DNA of 64,000 nt from an uncultured Clostridia bacterium. Lineage in GTDB: Bacteria; Bacillota; Clostridia; Oscillospirales; Acutalibacteraceae. The notes beneath the pieces are model-generated. The model made no database searches and was not told the DNA's origin. It was given only the letters and a program-made list of their open reading frames with translations. Position 1 is the stretch's first letter, and the number at the start of each line of letters is the position of its first letter. Made by a program: the position numbers and the translations under genes. The stretch lies in the NCBI GenBank assembly GCA_947632385.1, contig CANRPD010000004.1:190-64189 (forward strand), in the 5' to 3' direction. Positions 60,630 through 64,000 of this stretch are shown one piece after another.

Positions 60630-61058
60630 GTGAAAGGCCTCTGGAGCAAATACCGGGAGATGATCCTATACGTGTTGTTCGGTGTGGTGACCACCGCGGT
60701 CAATCAGGGAGCATACTGGCTGCTTGCAGGACCTTTTGCGGTTCCGTATCTGTGGGCCACAGCGCTGGCGCAGGTGCTCGCTATCCTGGTCGCCTATATC
60801 ACCAACCGGCGGTGGGTGTTTCAAAGTCAGGCTAAGGGCATCCAGGGCATCGTACTGGAAATGATTCGGTTCTTTTCAGCCCGTGGGGCAACTTTTTTGT
60901 TGGATCTTGGGTGTATGTACGTGGGCGTGGAGCTGCTTCATATCAATGACAACTGGATGAAATTTTTCTCCAATGTGGTGGTGATCCTGGTCAATTATAT
61001 GCTCAGCAAGGCGTTTGTGTTCCGGAAAAAGGGAAAGACCCCAAGGCGTAAGGATTGA
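60630..61058 (+). CDS. GtrA-family flippase-like protein
   Basis: Y..FGVVTT.VN, AY.TNR.WVF, NY.LSK.FVF. Confidence 0.9.
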   Translation: MKGLWSKYREMILYVLFGVVTTAVNQGAYWLLAGPFAVPYLWATALAQVLAILVAYITNRRWVFQSQAKGIQGIVLEMIRFFSARGATFLLDLGCMYVGVELLHINDNWMKFFSNVVVILVNYMLSKAFVFRKKGKTPRRKD

Positions 61059-61116
61059 CGAATTCCAAAAAATGGAGTACAATACAACAGATTTGGATTT
61101 GCTGAGGTGATCTGAT

Positions 61117-62310
61117 ATGTCACGGGAACGACAAAATACAGATGAATTTGAGGAGATCTCCAGCTATTCTTCCTCCAAGGAATACAGAAAGCATCGCCAG
61201 GGTTCCAGATGGAAAAAGATCCTGATGGCCGTTGCTGCGGTGCTCTGTGTTCTGCTGATCGCTGTTGGCGCTGGGATGATCTATGTCTCTACGGTATATC
61301 TGTCCGATCTGACGACGACCGACGTGACCAAAGACCCGGAGACATTGGGAATTGCGCCGGAAGCAGTCAGTCGGCACAGCGATGACAGCATTACGAATAT
61401 CGCCCTGTTCGGGCTGGATGCCCGCGGAGATGTCTTTGTGGGGCAGTCCGACGTGGTCATGATCCTGACGGTCGACAACAAGCATCACAAGGTGAAGATG
61501 ACCTCTCTGATGCGCGACAGCCGGGTGAGCATTGAGGGGACAGGCTTTGACGGGTATTACGATACCCACGGAAAGCTCAATGCGGCGTACAGCTGGGGTG
61601 GGCCCGAGCTGGCCATGCGCACCGTGAACCGGAATTTCGGTATGAATATCCAGAACTATGTGACCATCAACTTTGCCAAAATGGCCACCATCATCGACGC
61701 TTTTGGCGGGGTGGACCTGGAGATCACAGGCGGAGAGATGCGGGAGATCAATGTGAATCTGCGGAATCTGCGGGATGAGATCGAGAGCGGCTGGTATACC
61801 GACGAAGACGAGGAGACCGCACACATTTTGGACAGCGATTTTCTCTTGAATGCCTGGGGTGAGGTGGATTTCTACGACAACACCTATGAAGGCGGAGTGT
61901 ATCACCTCAATGGGAACCAAGCGGTGGCGTACGGTCGGATCCGCAACATCGGTGATGACTTTGAGCGGGTCCAGCGGCAGCAGAAGGTCTTCTACAAGCT
62001 GATGGAAAAAGTGGCGAACATCAGCGTAACCGAGTATCCGGGCATCATTCGGGAAATGATGCCATTGTGTGAGACCAATCTCACCTTGCAGGAAGTTCTA
62101 GGCCTGGCGCCCATCGTTATGAGCGGATTTACCGTAGAGTCGATCAGCGTTCCCAACGCGGACTATGAACTGGATTTGCACGATGTGGATTATGATCTGG
62201 TCTACGATCTGCAGCAGGCGTCTCATCGCGTAGATGCGTTTATCTATGAGGATGATTCCGATTATTGGGATGAGTACGGGTACGATACCGGAGCGTCTCA
62301 GGCCCAGTAA
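61117..62310 (+). CDS. LCP (LytR-CpsA-Psr) family protein
   Basis: NIALFGLD, SD..MILTVD, SL.RDS, KLNAAY, YGRIR....DF.R..RQ. Confidence 0.93.
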   Translation: MSRERQNTDEFEEISSYSSSKEYRKHRQGSRWKKILMAVAAVLCVLLIAVGAGMIYVSTVYLSDLTTTDVTKDPETLGIAPEAVSRHSDDSITNIALFGLDARGDVFVGQSDVVMILTVDNKHHKVKMTSLMRDSRVSIEGTGFDGYYDTHGKLNAAYSWGGPELAMRTVNRNFGMNIQNYVTINFAKMATIIDAFGGVDLEITGGEMREINVNLRNLRDEIESGWYTDEDEETAHILDSDFLLNAWGEVDFYDNTYEGGVYHLNGNQAVAYGRIRNIGDDFERVQRQQKVFYKLMEKVANISVTEYPGIIREMMPLCETNLTLQEVLGLAPIVMSGFTVESISVPNADYELDLHDVDYDLVYDLQQASHRVDAFIYEDDSDYWDEYGYDTGASQAQ

Positions 62311-62343
62311 AACGGCTATGTACTGGCGAAAGGAGGGAAGACG

Positions 62344-63747
62344 ATGAGCGGGTCCCGAGACCACGAAGACATTTACAGCGACAGCCGAAGGCAGCCGGGC
62401 AGCGCTCGGCCGCGGGAAACCACCCGGGGAGGCCGGCATCAAGACAGCCCTCGCTCTTCCCGCAACGGGTCCGGCAGCCGACCCTCTTCCACCAATGGCC
62501 GGACCTCTACGCGAAATCGGCCGCCAGCGCCTCCGCTGCAGGATCGCTACACCTATGAGGAACCCCGAGCAGCTCGCTTTGACGATGTATACAGTGACTC
62601 TGCCTATGCCGTGTCCCACCGGGATGCGGATAAGAGACGGCAGCGTGACACTCACCATCGGAACCGCGTCCCTCCGAAAAGGAAGCGCTCGCACAAAGGA
62701 TTGGTGTTTTTCCTTGTGGTGGTCTGCCTCCTGGGAGTCGGGCTCTATTATGTTTTCGGGTATATGTTGGGCGGCCTTAAGCTGCGCAACCTGACGGGGG
62801 ACAAGAACCTGCTGGGGATCAACTCTGCGGTTCTCTCCGATGACGGCATCAAAAATATCGCCCTGTTTGGGCTGGATGCCCGGGAAGACGAAAACGAGGG
62901 CCGTTCGGACGCTCTGATGATCCTGACCGTGGACAATAAACATGATAAGTTGAAGGTCACCTCTGTTCTGCGGGATTCCAACGTGTCGATCCGCATGACA
63001 GATGAGGATGGCAGCGTATATTATATCGATGACAAGATCACCCACGCCTATGCCTATGGGGGACCGGAATGCGCCATCAACGCACTCAACCGGAACTTCC
63101 ATTTGGATATCGAAGACTATGTCACGGTGAATTTTATTCAAATGGCAAAAATCGTGGATGCATTTGGCGGGGTGTCGATCCATATCTCCTACGACGAGAT
63201 GAACGAGATCAACCGGAACCTGGCCATGCAGCAGGCGGAGTCCTATGACGCGGAGATATCGGACGGGGACTATCTCTATGAGGATGGGGATATGTTGCTC
63301 AACGGCAATCAGGCAGTGGCTTATGCTCGGATCCGTTATCTGGATGGGGATGAGATACGTGCCCAACGGCAGCAGACGGTGCTCAAGGCGCTGATCGATC
63401 GGCTGCGCAGCAAGAGCAAGCTGGAGTATCCGGAGCTCATCCATACGCTGATGCCCATGTGCGAGACCTCGTTGAGTTTTTCTGACATTATGGGGATGTC
63501 CCCTATTATTTTGACGGATTTTACTGTGGAGACGCTTTCTTTGCCCAGTGAAGAGGAGAACCCCACTGGCGGATACAACAGTCAGGATGCCTGGGTGTAT
63601 GTATACGACTTGGAAGCTGCAGCCAATCATCTGAACCGGTTTATCTATGAGGAGGATGCGGTCCCCGTGAGCCTGGGTTCCGATGTGACGGATGTAGTCT
63701 CCTGGGAAGATGCGGAAGACAGCGGCGAAGAAGAGTACGGATATTAG
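62344..63747 (+). CDS. LCP family protein with a long disordered N-terminus
   Basis: NIALFGLD, GRSDALMILTVD, YARIRY.DG...R..RQ. Confidence 0.93.
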   Translation: MSGSRDHEDIYSDSRRQPGSARPRETTRGGRHQDSPRSSRNGSGSRPSSTNGRTSTRNRPPAPPLQDRYTYEEPRAARFDDVYSDSAYAVSHRDADKRRQRDTHHRNRVPPKRKRSHKGLVFFLVVVCLLGVGLYYVFGYMLGGLKLRNLTGDKNLLGINSAVLSDDGIKNIALFGLDAREDENEGRSDALMILTVDNKHDKLKVTSVLRDSNVSIRMTDEDGSVYYIDDKITHAYAYGGPECAINALNRNFHLDIEDYVTVNFIQMAKIVDAFGGVSIHISYDEMNEINRNLAMQQAESYDAEISDGDYLYEDGDMLLNGNQAVAYARIRYLDGDEIRAQRQQTVLKALIDRLRSKSKLEYPELIHTLMPMCETSLSFSDIMGMSPIILTDFTVETLSLPSEEENPTGGYNSQDAWVYVYDLEAAANHLNRFIYEEDAVPVSLGSDVTDVVSWEDAEDSGEEEYGY

Positions 63748-63758
63748 GAGGAACAGAC

Positions 63759-64000
63759 ATGAGTGAGCCCGTTTTAGTGATCCTTGCGGCAGGAATGGGG
63801 AGCCGGTACGGCGGCCTGAAACAGATCGACCCTATTGGGGAATATGGGGAGAAGATCATTGATTACTCTTTATATGATGCCCGTTTGGCTGGATTCCGAA
63901 AGGCAGTGTTCATCATTAAAGAGGAGTTGGCTTCGGATTTTGAGGATGCGGTTTTTCGCAAGGTGCGGCCCTATATGGAGATCGAAACGGTCTACCAGCG
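63759..64000 (+). CDS. Sugar-phosphate nucleotidyltransferase (partial, runs off the window)
   Basis: LVILAAGMGSRYGGLKQIDP; AGGAGG RBS. Confidence 0.88.
   Translation, partial: MSEPVLVILAAGMGSRYGGLKQIDPIGEYGEKIIDYSLYDARLAGFRKAVFIIKEELASDFEDAVFRKVRPYMEIETVYQ

Overview
This window looks like core chromosome from a GC-rich, spore-forming Clostridia member. Oscillospiraceae/Acutalibacteraceae-like is inferred from gene style only. Housekeeping content: a tRNA cluster (Gly 3' end, Arg, His, Gln), rpsB-tsf, uxuA-feoAB, a complete V/A-type ATPase operon, mfd, pth, ppdK, an MsmX-like ABC ATPase, pyrC-pyrF-pyrK-pyrD, ruvX, mgtE, a probable 6S RNA, gtrA and two LCP genes. The main discovery is that sigG, the late forespore sigma factor, is split in region 2.4 by a 14,936-bp element bounded by the 10-bp direct repeat GTGCCGATGA (6339-6348 and 21275-21284). 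Excision at this repeat restores an intact 257-aa SigG (..FSTYGVPM|IIGEVRRFLRDN..). The element encodes a SpoIVCA-like large serine recombinase but no recognisable phage or conjugation genes. Its cargo is a ~2600-aa surface protein with one in-frame TAG and an O-antigen-ligase/MurJ/DUF5693 envelope operon, both behind sigmaA-type promoters. The skin-like elements I know of interrupt mother-cell genes, so one in a forespore (germ-line) sigma factor implies excision followed by retention or re-integration. Other notable features: small structured elements behind two tRNAs, each carrying an antisense copy of its host tRNA's T-arm; two GC-rich intergenic mosaics of covarying REP-like hairpins that share a four-way-junction motif; a candidate leader-peptide attenuator for mgtE; and a beta-lactamase-fold/GNAT fusion lacking the catalytic motif.
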